From NCBI GenBank assembly GCA_000004985.1, contig GG738898.1: a stretch of DNA of 64,000 bases. The stretch is one strand, 5' to 3'. The position numbers and the translations under genes were made by a program. The notes beneath the pieces are model-generated. The model searched no databases and was not told where the DNA came from. It saw nothing but the letters and a program-made list of their open reading frames with translations. Positions 21,053 to 32,932 of the stretch are shown here, one piece after another. Within the stretch, counting starts at the first letter, position 1. Each line of letters begins with the position of its first letter. Source of the stretch: Naegleria gruberi (lineage: Eukaryota).

Positions 21053-22811
21053 ATGGACGAAACTGATCTCTCACACTTGCCACAGGAAATAATTTTCTGT
21101 GAGATTATGTCTTTCTTTGATTATTATTGGGTTTTAAACACTGCTCGATTTGTTTGTAAAGAGTGGAATCAACACCATAAATCGTTCCGAACAAGCTACT
21201 TTCGAATGCGTTATAAAGATGATCTTGACAGATTGGAAAACTTGATTGACCATCATTTAGATGATTTACATCACGTGACGAAATTATATCTTTCTCCAGC
21301 ACTGTCGAGTTATTCCCACATTGCTGAATTGGAAAAGAAAGTTTTTTCACAAATGTCAAATTTGAAAGAATTAACAATTTTTGGAACTATTCATCAATTT
21401 ATGATAGACGTATTTTGCAAAGTGGAAAGTTTGGAAAGTATTACACTGGATGATATTGGATCGTATTATTTATCAGGCTTGGTAAGAGACTTGGCAAAAC
21501 TCAAGAGAATCAAATCATTTTCTCTAATGACTTTTAATAGAAGTTATGATGATATAGACTTTAGTGTGGAATGGCCACTGGAGAGATTTCATGCTTGGGG
21601 TTCTCCATTAACAATCAATTCATGGATTTCGTTTCTGGAGAGCAAATCTGCCAGAACTGTAAAAGAGCTAACAGTTAATTTCATTCCCAATGACAAATCT
21701 GTTTTGGAAAAATTGTCAAACTTACAATCATTGACATGTCTTCAAAGCTCACACAAAGTATTTGATGGTGATAAATTCAAATACATATCAGAGTTAGTGA
21801 AATTGAAGAAACAATGGTAATGAGGGCTTGAAATATATTTCCAATTTGACGAATATGGAAAGTTTAAACTTGTCAAACAGTGAAATAACCAGTAGTGGTA
21901 TATCTCAGTTTGGGATTCTTAAGAATCTACAAGAGTTGGATCTTTCTAGTAATTTAATTAACTCAGAAGGAGCAAACTATCTGAGCTCATTATATAATTT
22001 AACAAGTTTAGCTCTAAATGATAATTCAATTACTGGGGAAGGTTTGAGAAACTTCAGTAACCTTACAAACTTAACTGAATTGTTTTTGGACAACAATAAT
22101 ATTGGAAGTGTTGGTGCCAATTATCTATCATCAAATACTAACATCAAGTTTCTAACTCTTTCTAACAATTCTATTGCAGATGAGGGTTTAGAAAATTTTG
22201 GAAATTTGAAATCATTAATCCATCTTAATTTGAATTTTAATAATGTTCAACGTGGATTAATTTATCTATCTGAATGTAAATTATTAAAACAATTGGATAT
22301 TCAACACAATAACCTTACTGATCAAGAATTAATTGATTTTTTCGATAAAGAACTAAGTATTGAAGAATTAGATCTTTCAGAAAACAAAAAACTATCAGGA
22401 AAATCATTTAAAAACATTTGTAAACAGAGAAAACTTTCCATTTTAAACATTGGAAGTAACCCAAAACTTGGAGATTTATCACTCTCCCATTTGGCATCTC
22501 TAAATCTATTAACATTGAGAGCAAATAATTGCGGAATTACTGATAAAGGGCTAGTGAAATTCTTACAAGAAAATTCGAATAGAAATTCGAGCAAACGATT
22601 GAATCTCTACTTGGAAGAAACCCCATTTACAAATATTGCATTGGAGGAATTACTTAATCAAGCAAGTTTCATAGAAGAGCTGCAAATTACTTTTTCATCC
22701 AAATTTGATGAAGCTCTCACAAAGAAATTGAATGAAAGAATACCAAAATTTTTCATGTCAAACGAGATTTTGGAACAAGCAAAGAAACCTAACAATTGTT
22801 TACTTCAATAA
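21053..22811 (+). CDS. F-box + RNI-type leucine-rich-repeat (FBXL-like) protein; the two halves are separated by a 1-nt frameshift near 21805-21820
   Basis: ORF 21053..21820 carries the F-box LPQEIIFCEIMSFFDYYWVLNTARFVCKEWNQ. ORF 21828..22811 (frame open from 21807) carries at least 8 regular 24-aa RNI-like LRRs, for example LKYISNLTNMESLNLSNSEITSSG and ANYLSSLYNLTSLALNDNSITGEG. The last residues of ORF1 (GDKFKYISELVKLKK) are already in LRR register. No GT-AG intron fits, so this is an indel or a genuine disruption. Confidence 0.65.
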
Positions 22812-23269
22812 TTTCAAATCAATTAACAATATTTACAGTATCGAGCTCTAACATCAACATGATCAAGTTATTATTACCGTTTTAACAAAGGCTAACCTAG
22901 AGTTTAAATACTAAAGTTTAGGATGGTTTATGATAGTTTTCAAAAGCCTCCATATCCTCCCTCTTGAAAAAGAAGTGCACCCCAAATGCCCCAACAACAT
23001 GTCCATAGAAACTGTTCTGCTCCTTGATAAGTTCAGTCTCAGCTCACTTTACAGCCAAGATAAGAAGCCCAAAAGGCAATCTTGCAAACATCAGTAAAAA
23101 AATCATTCAAACGCGACTATTTACTTTAACACACGGTTTTTTCTCCTCTCTGAAAATTGTTGTTATAGGATCATCCAGTCTATTTAAATTGGAGGAGTGT
23201 AGTAATAGAGATAAACAGAATATATATTTAAATTATTATTGTTAAGTGGAAGGCTTTGAATTTTATATA

Positions 23270-24897
23270 ATGGCAACTCTTGATGAAGATTCGAGGTGGA
23301 AGGGACATCATTTGTACGGAGACGATTATTTTGATCCAAAGAATGATCCTCCATTGTTGGTAATTCATGTAACGGAGCCTTTGAAAGAAGGTAAGTCTAA
23401 TTTGTGGAACGTTTGGAAATTAATTGATTTAATTATTTAATAATATTTAAATATTTAAATATTGGATGATGGTGAATAGGAAGCGGTTTATCTGCACATA
23501 CAACCTATCTAGTAACAACCACAGTATTTGTAAGTATTAAGCTCTTCTTGATGTACTTAATGTGATCATCAAAGGCTACCAAGAAATCGTACTGTATCAG
23601 AAGGAGATACAAGGAATTTAAGAAACTATTTGAAGAGATGACTAAATTGAGAGGAGTTAACCTTTCATCATTTCCAAAGAAGAAGTTAAAGAGTAAGTTG
23701 TTTATTTTACCGTTACATTGAATTAAATTTAAATATTATTATTAAATAATATGTAATTAAATAATAATTAAAGAATTTGATTATGATATTGTGGAAGAGA
23801 GAAGATTATCTTTTGAAATTATTCTCAGAGAAATGGCAGATCATCACCAAATTGTGATTGCTCCATTATTTAGAAGATTTGTTGAAGTTCCTTTGAATGT
23901 GAATGTTTTCCCTTCGGATTTTAATATTAATTCATATACAGCAAGAAGAAAATCTACAGTCACACCAAGAGATCAACCAAAACATCAAAGTATTAGTAAG
24001 AAAGCTCCACCTCCACCACCTCCTTCATCACAATCATCTGTAAATCAGCTCGACAGTGAACAACAGGTCACTGTTATTATTCCTCCACCACCCCAACAAC
24101 AAACTGTCAAGACAGCTAGTCCACAACCTCCTGTTGAAGCTGTTAGTCCAGTTTCCCCTCAGCAACCACAAACATCTATTCCTGTTCGTACACAACAGGA
24201 ACAACCATCACCTGTTAGTCCAGTGAAAAGAAATTCACAATCACAATTAGAACAGCAACCAGTTCCTGAAGTTGTTGACCCAAACACACCAGTAATTATT
24301 CTTTCACCAACAACAGCACAACAATCACAACAACAATTTTCACAACAGCAACAACAAGCACAACCAACAGTACCTCATCAACAACAACCAGTAGATGTCT
24401 CTACATTCATAGAGGAGATGAGAATGCAACATCAAAATAGACAATCTTTAAAATCCAATCCAACATCACCTGTTGTACAAGTATCTGAACCAGTAAAAGA
24501 ATTGGATGAAGATGTTATTGAGGTTAGACAAGTTCCTTTACCTCCAAAAAGAAAGAGTCAGGAACGAACATCATCACCACAATATGAAAATTCCAAGACT
24601 GATGCAAGAAGATTTACTGAGGAGGAATCAACAGATTATAGTACTAATTTCAGACCTATGGTGGAGGAAGATGAAGCTGTGGATCAAACTGAAGGAGATA
24701 ATAATTTTAATATGGCAATGCTTAACCTGGGAGCACAACCAATCAGAGTACAAGCAAGAATGTCTACTGGTGCACTTCATACACCATATCATCAAATTAA
24801 GAGAGATTCAATTACTTCAAAGTTAGCTGATATTGATCCTGAGCAACAAGTTCAGGAAATTTTGAGACAAATCAAAGGAGAATCTAATGTAGAGTAA
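23270..24897 (+). CDS. PX (phox-homology) domain protein with a Pro/Gln-rich C-terminal region. It has 4 exons.
   Basis: Exons are 23270..23390 (MATLD...PLLVIHVTEPLKE), 23480..23529 (GSGLSAHTTYLVTTTVF), 23575..23692 (ATKKSYCIRRRYKEFKKLFEEMTKLRGVNLSSFPKKKLK) and 23774..24897 (KFDYDIVEERRLSFEIILREMADHHQIVIAPLFRRFVEV...). All three donors are GTAAGT and the acceptors are TAG/AAG. Phases are consistent (1, 0, 1). The intron lengths are 89, 45 and 81 nt. The joined sequence reproduces the PX signature: R(R/K)Y.(E/D)F..L, then the P..K polybasic motif, then the F(D/E)...(I/V)E.RR..LE.(F/Y)L helix. Confidence 0.85.
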
Positions 24898-24909
24898 ATA
24901 AGGATAAAT

Positions 24910-26983
24910 TTATTTATCCCACTTTCCTTGTTGTCTCAACTTGTTAACTTCGTCAACAGCAATTTGTTTGAGAGCAATATAGTCAATCTTGGCGACACGA
25001 TTAAGAGGCATGTCAGAAGTGAGGAAAACAACGTGTGATGGTCTCTTGTAGGCTGCCATTTCATTACAGGCCTTCATAACATCTGAAACAGTGATGGACT
25101 TATCTTCCTTATCCTTCAATTCAATCAAAACAACAATACCCTCAGAGAAGATTTCATGATCAACACCAACAGCACCAACACGAGCAATCTTTTCCTTAAA
25201 TGATTGTTCAATAAATTCTTCAACTTCACCAGGGAAAACTTGATAACCCTTTGGTTTGATGACGAACTTTCTACGAGAAGCAAAGTGCAACCCAAGATTA
25301 TCATAAGAACCAACATCGCCAGTGTACAAGATGAAATCATTTGGATCCTTACTTTCCTTCTTTTCAATGGTGAGTGGAACAATGGTTTGTCTCATTGTTT
25401 CAGCAAGTTCTGGATTTTCATCAGCTCCATGATATCTAGAAAAATTTCAATGTAATATCCAATAGTTAGTTCAATAAAAATTATTTAAGAGCTTGTGTAA
25501 AAAAAATAAATACTAAGCTACAAACCCAACAAAGATTTGAGGACCAGTGAAACAAACTTCACCAACCTCAGAAGCTTTCTTCTCAGCTCCAGCAATATAG
25601 ACGCCATCTACAAGTACAGGTGGTTCACGAACACTGATTGGACACAATGGAGAATCATAACCAATGGATGCCATAATTTCAGAAACACCAACACCGAGTT
25701 GACTGTATGTAACGAAACCAGCAGTTTCAGTCAAACCCAAACCAGAGCAAATTAATGGAGCCATGGTTTGCATCTTTTCTAAAAATTGGGTAGTGACAGC
25801 TTGACCACCATAAATAGCTAATTTGAGACTAGACAAGTCATATTTGGAATAGTTTGGCAATCTCCATTGCAATTGGAAGAGGGCTGGAATTTGACCCAAA
25901 CAATTAACCTTGTACTTTTCAATAGCTTGCAAACTCTTTTCAGCATCGAAAATGTGTAAAATAACACAAGAACCACCGGCATAGATGGTTGTGAAAAATT
26001 GTTCAGTAATGCAACCAACGTGACTTGGTGGCAAATTGCACAACATGACAACTGTTTCGTCCTTTGCCCATGGATCAAAGAAAGCTCTCTTGAGACCAAT
26101 ATTTTGAATAATAATATTAGCATGTGAAAGTTTAGCAGCCTATTTAAACAGTTAACATAATTATCACAAGTATCCAAATAGTAGAATTTTCAAATATTTT
26201 CAAATCAATTTCAATCATTTTCATTATAATAAATTCTCTGTTAAAAAAATCAATTCTCAAATATAACATTACCTTTGGATTACCAGTTGATCCTGTTGTA
26301 AAAATGATAATAGCTGGATCATTAGGACTAACTTGCGATTCATGGTAAGCAACACCACCACCGACCCAGGATTTCAAATAATCAAAAATAAATAAACTCT
26401 TAACGTTGGCAACAAAATCAAGAATGCCAATAGCTCCATCAATAACCAAATCCTTTTCCTTTTGGAATTGAACCCAGTGAGTAATAGTTCCAGTACCAGT
26501 TTCAGTCTTTTTGTAATTCTTCATCAAATTTGAAACCATAGGTCTGAAATCAGCAACTGGAGTTTGACCCAAAAAGAAGTACATTTTTGGACGAATAGCA
26601 TCAAAACACTTGGCAATTTCATGTTCCTTCAATCTCAAATCCAAAGGAGCAATCACAACACCCAATCTCATACAGGCAAATAATAAATAAATATGTTCCT
26701 TCATGAATGGAAGGGAGGTGGCAACAATATCTCCCTTTTTCAATCCACATTCCAATAATTTAGCAGCAAAAGCAGTTGATGACTGTCTCAATGTTGCATA
26801 ACTAATTTCATCTCCGGTATTAAATTCACACAAGGCCGGATTACTCTTCTTTGTATTTGCATGATAATCGACCAAATCGAAAAGTCTCATCAACTTTACA
26901 CGTTCATATTCCTCCACAGCTAATTTTCTAAATTCCGTATCGGCAAATGATGCAAGTCTTTCCTTCTCTGGTTGTGCAGACAT
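24910..26983 (-). CDS. AMP-dependent synthetase/ligase (acyl-CoA synthetase family). It has 3 exons.
   Basis: Exon 1 (26983..26273) ends at the AMP-binding motif IIFTTGSTGNPK, with the donor GTAATG. Intron 1 is 133 nt (26272..26140, ending TAG). Exon 2 (26139..25526) reads AAKLSHANII...GEVCFTGPQIFVG and uses a GG|GTTTGT donor. Intron 2 is 90 nt (25525..25436). Exon 3 (25435..24910) reads YHGADENPELAE...FILYTGDVGSYD...RRKFVIKPKGYQVFPGEVEEFI..., matching the conserved GY...PE.T...GW..TGD.G.....G...i.GR.Kd.I...G and E.E motifs. Confidence 0.85.
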
Positions 26984-27288
26984 TTTTTTATGAGCGTGAA
27001 AACTTCAAAGCCTTCAAAATTACATTAAAAGAGAATTATCAAGCCTAGATCAAGAAGAAGATTCTTGAATTACATGATCACAACAAATAGATTTATTGAG
27101 TGAGGTTTGAAGAAGAAGTTTATTCCGATGGGAAGAATGAAAATTTTCAATGGTTTGTTGTTATTGGTGAACAAGTAGAAGGAGAATTTGAAATATTGAA
27201 TCTTCAAGCATGACTGTAAATTATTTTCTGTTTTTGGCGCCAATTTGACTTATTGAGCAGAGAAAATGGAATTTTTAAATTAAGGCGG

Positions 27289-27340
27289 GAAATGAGGAAT
27301 GGTTCATTGTTAAGAATTGAAATGAGGAATGGTTCATTGT
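27289..27340. repeat. Perfect 22-bp direct repeat (GAAATGAGGAATGGTTCATTGT twice, 30-bp period) in the intergenic region upstream of the acyl-CoA synthetase gene
   Basis: Copies lie at 27289..27310 and 27319..27340, both read directly from the sequence. The repeat sits between the trypsin-like gene's stop (27366) and the synthetase's start (26983). Confidence 0.8.
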
Positions 27341-27365
27341 GTGTATTATTTTTTTATTTACCTAT

Positions 27366-28476
27366 TTAGAGAGCAAAGAGAAAGAGGGCTAAACAAAGAA
27401 AGAGATGGAAAGTTAAGTGAGATGCAATATTCGAAACAGCATGTTTCGTACTAGTGCTGGCATTGTTAGTGGCTCCACCAGTTGTTCCTCCATTTCCATC
27501 GACAACTATTCCATTACCTGTGTAGTAAATTAAATTTGATGAAACCTTACTTGCTATCCAACTCTTGAAATAGGCAACTGAAGTATAAACTCCACGATTG
27601 CTATACGAAGACGAAACTCCACAACCTTCAGGTCCATACGAAACTAAACCACTCACGACCCACAATTTAGTGGTAGCTCCAGAAGTAGTATTCGAGGAAT
27701 TCGATGAACCAGAATTAATTTGAACTTGCATTGCTAAACCACCTCCAGAATCACCTAATTTAGTTTAAATTCGAATAAATTAATTGGAAATAAATGAACT
27801 ACTTACCACTACAAGCATCAATACCATTTCCTGAACCGGCACATATTTGTCCCTTACTCTGACTCATATCTAATCCCAATGAATTACAATACTTGTCATC
27901 GACTAATGGAGCGAGGCCTTTCATCATATAATTGGAAGCTGTTCCAACATTATCATTGGTGAGACCCCATCCAATGATATAGTGAGGTGTTCCAACAGCT
28001 GCATTGGTCATTGGAATCATGGCAATGTTGGCTGTTGGAAGGGAAATGTCAGATGCCAATTCATAAATTGCAACATCGTTCACTACATTGTTTCCATCAT
28101 ATTTTTCATGGTTAGTGATGGATTTTACTTGAACTCTTTGACAAGCACTGTATGTACCAACTTTTGAAGGACAAGAAGATAATGAGTTGGTGCCATACAC
28201 AATGGTCAACTTGGATGGATTAGTCACAGCTCCAGAATCTTCAAAATTACAATGGGCTGCTGTAAGAATGTATTTACTCGCAATAACAGAACCTCCACAT
28301 ATATGTTGCGGAGTAGATGAAGACGAATCTTGATATTGAATCGAAACTAGGAAGGGAAATTCCTGAGGTGATGCTTGAGTGCCTCCCTGAACATGAATAG
28401 AAAATTTCGAACACTGAATTCGAAGAATAAGATTCAGAATTGAATAGATGATAAGAAAAATTGTAACGTTTCTCAT
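27366..28476 (-). CDS. Secreted trypsin-like (S1 family) serine protease. It has 2 exons with a 52-nt intron at 27755..27806.
   Basis: The signal peptide is MRNVTIFLIIYSILNLILRIQCS. The catalytic His is in LTAAHC, the Asp in NDVAIYEL, and the Ser motif is split by the intron. Exon 1 ends ...DACSG, with the donor GTAAGTAG at 27806. The acceptor is AAATTAG and exon 2 starts GDSGGGLAMQVQ... The join is in phase and gives CSGDSGGG. Confidence 0.85.
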
Positions 28477-28825
28477 TGTTTAGTTTAGTGTATTTTTTTA
28501 ATAATGTTCTTCACTATTCGAATCCCTTAAAAAGGAAGGAAAGATGAAGAATTTAAAAAGTAGATACATTGGATATAGTTCTCTTCTTTGAATAGATATT
28601 CCTTTGGAACTTGATTCCTTTCAAATTTACTTCCAATCCTCATTTCTCTTTACTATTATTAGTTATTTCCAATACACCAAATCCTTTTTCAACGAGAGAG
28701 AAAATTCACCAATGTAAGCTAAGGATCCTTTCTAATTTCAAGTCAACCAATTGAAACTAAACATAGAGTTTCTTTACACTTTTGAAAATTAAAAAATAAA
28801 AAGTTTAACAATGAAACTAATCTAT

Positions 28826-30383
28826 TTATTTCTTAATAGCATTCAAATCCAAAGTTCTGGTATTTCTAGTATTCTTAGTGAGCTTACATGGAATAGTATT
28901 TGGAGTAATGTAAGCATTGGTAGTGAACTTTAATGGTGACAAGGTAACACCTGGAACCAAAGATGGAACATAATTATCATAAACCAATTCAACAGTCAAA
29001 GCAGTGTAACCTTGAGGTGGGTTTCTAACCAAAACATGATATTCGTTTGGTTTAGTTTCTTGCAACAAGGTAGAATTCCAAACGTTTGTACCAATAATGT
29101 AAGTTCTGAATTCACGTCCATTTGGATTAGTGGCAGACCACAAGACAACTCTGGATGGTCTATTGTTTTGAATTTTAACCTTGACAATGACACCTTCATC
29201 AACAAATCTGTGAGAGAAGGTAAATCTTGGCATGGTGACACCTGACAATCTGGCAACTTGATAACTCAACAAGACTTGGAAGACATCAGAACCAGCCAAT
29301 GAGTGACCAGTATTTGGAATATATCTAACATACTTATCACCTTCAATACTATCATAACCAAGATCGTTCAATTCTGGGCTGAAGAATTCATCTCCCAAAC
29401 TCAAAACTTGATACTTGGAAATTTGATCCAAACGTGGATAATTGACAGGATCAACAATTTTAGTGAGCTTTTCAAAACCAGTGGTGAACATGTCATTGGT
29501 AACACCAGCAGCAATGTAATCAGCCATTGCAGGAGGCCAATAACAAATGTTATTGTAAGTTCTTTCGAAAACTTCCTTAGTGTGCCAGACTGGAATGACA
29601 GCAGGAACGAGTGAAGTAACTCTGGACTATTAATTATTGTAAAATATTGTAAAGTATTGTAAATATTAATAATTATTGAAAAATGAAACTCTATATACTT
29701 ACATCAACACCAGCAAGTAAAATACTAGACCAACCTCTCTTGGAAGCACCAATAACATTCCATGTAGCAATTTCATAATTTACAGTTGACTTGACAAACT
29801 TGGTAACAACATCCAAAGCAATCTTTGATGCCTTAACCATTGGCAATTGAGTAACATAATTGACATTGGCAGTGTCATTAATAAAACGCTTCCATCCAAA
29901 AGCAATGATAGCATCTTCACTTCTAGAAGCTTGAGTAGGATCAGAGGCATAAGTAATTGGTTGATTAGGAATGTCATAAACAGTGACACCGACAGATTTA
30001 GTGGCATATGAATATGGAGTAATGATGGCATCAACACCAGGTACAGAACCAGTATTAGAACCACCTGTGAAATAGACTGTAGCTTGTGATTTAGTCTTGT
30101 CCAATGAAATTGGTACAGAAACAGTGACATAATTGAACCATGTGGATCTGACACCAACTTCAGCAGGTGTCAAGAAGGATAATGTTGTTACATTTAATAC
30201 ATATACAGTGGCCACTGTTGTTTGAACAGTGGACAATAGGGTGTAGGAGGTGACACTTTCTGGAGAGGCAACATAGTTGGCCAATGCTTGAGTAAAGTCA
30301 ATGTGACTACTGGCACGTGCCATGACAGCAACGGCAAGCATCAAACTGACCAACAAACTGCAAAGAATGGTGGTTGATTTCAT
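28826..30383 (-). CDS. PhoPQ-activated pathogenicity-related (PqaA-like) protein family member, secreted. It has 2 exons with a 76-nt intron at 29627..29702.
   Basis: The signal peptide is MKSTTILCSLLVSLMLAVAV. The ORF is open from 30413, and the ATG is about 30 nt inside. Exon 1 ends ...WNVIGASKRGWSSILLAGVD, with the donor GTAAGT at 29702. The acceptor is TTAATAG at 29627. Exon 2 starts SRVTSLVPAVIPVWHTKEVF... and is in phase. The GASKRGW nucleophile-elbow-like motif and the overall layout recall the PhoPQ_related hydrolase family of bacteria and amoebae. The family call is from memory and is not searchable here. Confidence 0.6.
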
Positions 30384-30985
30384 TTTTGTTTTTTTTTTGA
30401 GTTGGAAGCACAAATTATCGGCAAAAGGGTCTTTAAAATGTGAAATGCCACTTGACAGTTACAGAATTTCCTCACAAAATTGACAAGAGAATCGAATTTT
30501 TATTGGTAACTGACAAACATAAAAGAGCATGTTATCTGGTGATGGGCTGTCAGTAAGTGACACTACATTAACATGGGAAAGAAGTTACACAAAAAGTCAA
30601 GTATACGTAAGGCAAGTGGCATTTGGCTTGTGAAATTATTAGTGATTACTGACAATTTGTTAATATTGGAAGAGAGTCCAGATAAATAATGTAGTATTGG
30701 TTGTAATATTTGCTGTTTTGCTTTTTTTGAAATACTTGCACCATTTCGGTTGTTAAGGTTTCGTATATATTGGTATAAGAATAGCCGAGGATCGCATGTT
30801 TCAATCATTTATCCAGTTCATAGTTTCGTTTATTTTTGGACCAGTTTCCATCTACAATTTTCATTTACAGTACTGACATTGTAATAGGTTTGTAAAATTC
30901 TTTCCAATTTTTCGAATAACTTTTCAATGACATTATTCCACAAAAAAGTGAAACCAAATCAACAATATAATTCAATTTCCAACTT

Positions 30986-32008
30986 CTATTCCATCATATA
31001 TGAAATTCCCTCATATAAAAAGTAAAATCTTTGATATTTTTCATCAAAACTAATACTAGACACAGTTCCTTCTCCCTTATATTCCTTTTCCACTTTCATA
31101 CTTTCTAAATTCATTACACAAATCAGTGAAGAGTTAGAGTTGGGGAAGAGAACTTTTCTGCTTGATGGTTCATAACACAAACACCAAATTGATTGTGTGG
31201 TGCTGAGTTGACTAGCTTCAAATTGGAGGTTGTGAGATAATTTACACTTGAAAAATGATTTTTCTCTTGAGACAATTAAGAATAGATCCAACTCTTTCGA
31301 ATAAATCATACTCATTGGTTTTCCAAGAGTCACACCTCCAAAATCATAAACTACTTTCAGCAAGTTACCATCCAAGGAATCGTACAGTTTCAATCTTTTG
31401 TTATCAGTATCGGCAACAACAATTAAATTTCCCCTAACATTCGAATACTTTCCATTCGACTCGACACATACAACTGATCGACCATATGAAAATCCCTCCT
31501 CAGAATACGAATCATATCTCAATCCTTTAACCCAAATACAGTTAGTTTCCTTTCCAGATTTACTATTCTCAATCCACTCCTTAATATTATACTTGTATAA
31601 TCTTTGATCAGAGCTGAGAAATATTAAATAATCAATAATTTGAGAATTTATATCCACGAAACTTTCCAAACACATTGCCCTCACAGAATAGTATATGGTA
31701 TGAACTAATTTTGTAATTGGATTTCCTCCCTGCAAGTTTCGAATAATATTTCCATCATCATTCAGATAGACAGTTAGTCCATACTGTCCGAAACCAAAAT
31801 TCTCCTCCACAATGATATAATCACCATATGATAACAATATACTAATTCCACCACCACTAGCTTTCTTCGGATTAGTTTCATTTAATTTGATTTTTAAATT
31901 AAATATATCCAATTGCTTATGATGATCGAGACGAAATTTGTCAAATAATTGTGATGATCCGATGGATTGATCGAGTAAGAGAATGAGTTGATCATGATCG
32001 ATCGACAT
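30986..32008 (-). CDS. NHL-repeat (beta-propeller) protein
   Basis: A 340-aa ORF. Segments such as GNLIVVADTDNKRLKLYDSLDGNLLKVVYDFG, and several similar ones, match the NHL repeat consensus (G.i.VaD..N.Ri..fd..G.....fG). Confidence 0.55.
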   Translation of the reverse strand: MSIDHDQLILLLDQSIGSSQLFDKFRLDHHKQLDIFNLKIKLNETNPKKASGGGISILLSYGDYIIVEENFGFGQYGLTVYLNDDGNIIRNLQGGNPITKLVHTIYYSVRAMCLESFVDINSQIIDYLIFLSSDQRLYKYNIKEWIENSKSGKETNCIWVKGLRYDSYSEEGFSYGRSVVCVESNGKYSNVRGNLIVVADTDNKRLKLYDSLDGNLLKVVYDFGGVTLGKPMSMIYSKELDLFLIVSREKSFFKCKLSHNLQFEASQLSTTQSIWCLCYEPSSRKVLFPNSNSSLICVMNLESMKVEKEYKGEGTVSSISFDEKYQRFYFLYEGISYMME

Positions 32009-32386
32009 TTTTTTAATTATTGGAAATACGAAAGTTGTTTGTGTCCAAAATTTCTGAGTGGTTAAACTACAAAGTGAACTATTTACTAGTTTTTCATTAA
32101 CAAATTATTAAGGACTAATTTCGATTTTTCACAACGTTACATGTATTTGTCAACCTGTAACGATATTGAAAACAATATTCGAAAATACATACTGGATACA
32201 TACCATATTTAGTATCTTTCCAACTTTACAAATAAGGTAATTATGATAGTCCATACGAGCGACAGTAACTTTTGTGCATTTTCTATACAATCGTGAGCAG
32301 TAATCAAATATTTGTTTACATAACAACGACATTGTTTTTTCATTTTCGTTGTGTTTAGTCTTGGATAACAAAAGAAATAACAAGAA

Positions 32387-32848
32387 ATGGAACAAGTTAA
32401 AGTTTACAGAAGTGCAGTTATTAATGCGAGTGTGGAGACTGTGTGGCAAGTTGTGAAGAATTTCAACGAGCTTCCAAAGTGGACGGGTGTTGTTTCGGAT
32501 AGTGTATTGGAAGGTGGAATGCAAGATAATTCAATTGGATGTGTGAGAGTTGTTTCTCTGTTGAATCCGAATCCTCAAGATGATAGACCAATTAGAGAAC
32601 AATTAATTGCCTATGATTCAAGAAATCACTCCTTCACATACAAGATTTTAAGTGGACCTAAACCTTTCGAATATTTTAATGAATATTATGCAACAGTAAC
32701 TTTAGTCAAAATTACAGATTCTAATCAGACATTCATTGAGTGGAAATCTGAATTTACCTGTCCACAAGGAAACCAAGAACAATTCGAGAAATTTGCAGGT
32801 GCAGTTTACATGAAGGGAATTAAATCTCTTCAACAACAATTTCCTTAA
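32387..32848 (+). CDS. SRPBCC (Bet v1/START-like, polyketide_cyc2-type) small protein
   Basis: A 153-aa ORF. The N-terminus VYRSAVINASVETVWQVVKNFNELPKW is typical of the SRPBCC ligand-binding fold. The length matches. Confidence 0.6.
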   Translation: MEQVKVYRSAVINASVETVWQVVKNFNELPKWTGVVSDSVLEGGMQDNSIGCVRVVSLLNPNPQDDRPIREQLIAYDSRNHSFTYKILSGPKPFEYFNEYYATVTLVKITDSNQTFIEWKSEFTCPQGNQEQFEKFAGAVYMKGIKSLQQQFP

Positions 32849-32932
32849 ATTGTTACAATAAATTTCAACATTTGAAAAGAAATCTTCAAAATTGGATGAA
32901 AGTATTATTATTTACAATTATTCCAAGTACTT

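Noticed and set aside
22812-23269. ORFs 23024..23245 and 23246..23440 upstream of the PX gene
   Set aside because: 23246..23440 is largely exon 1 of the PX gene plus intron read-through. 23024..23245 has no support.
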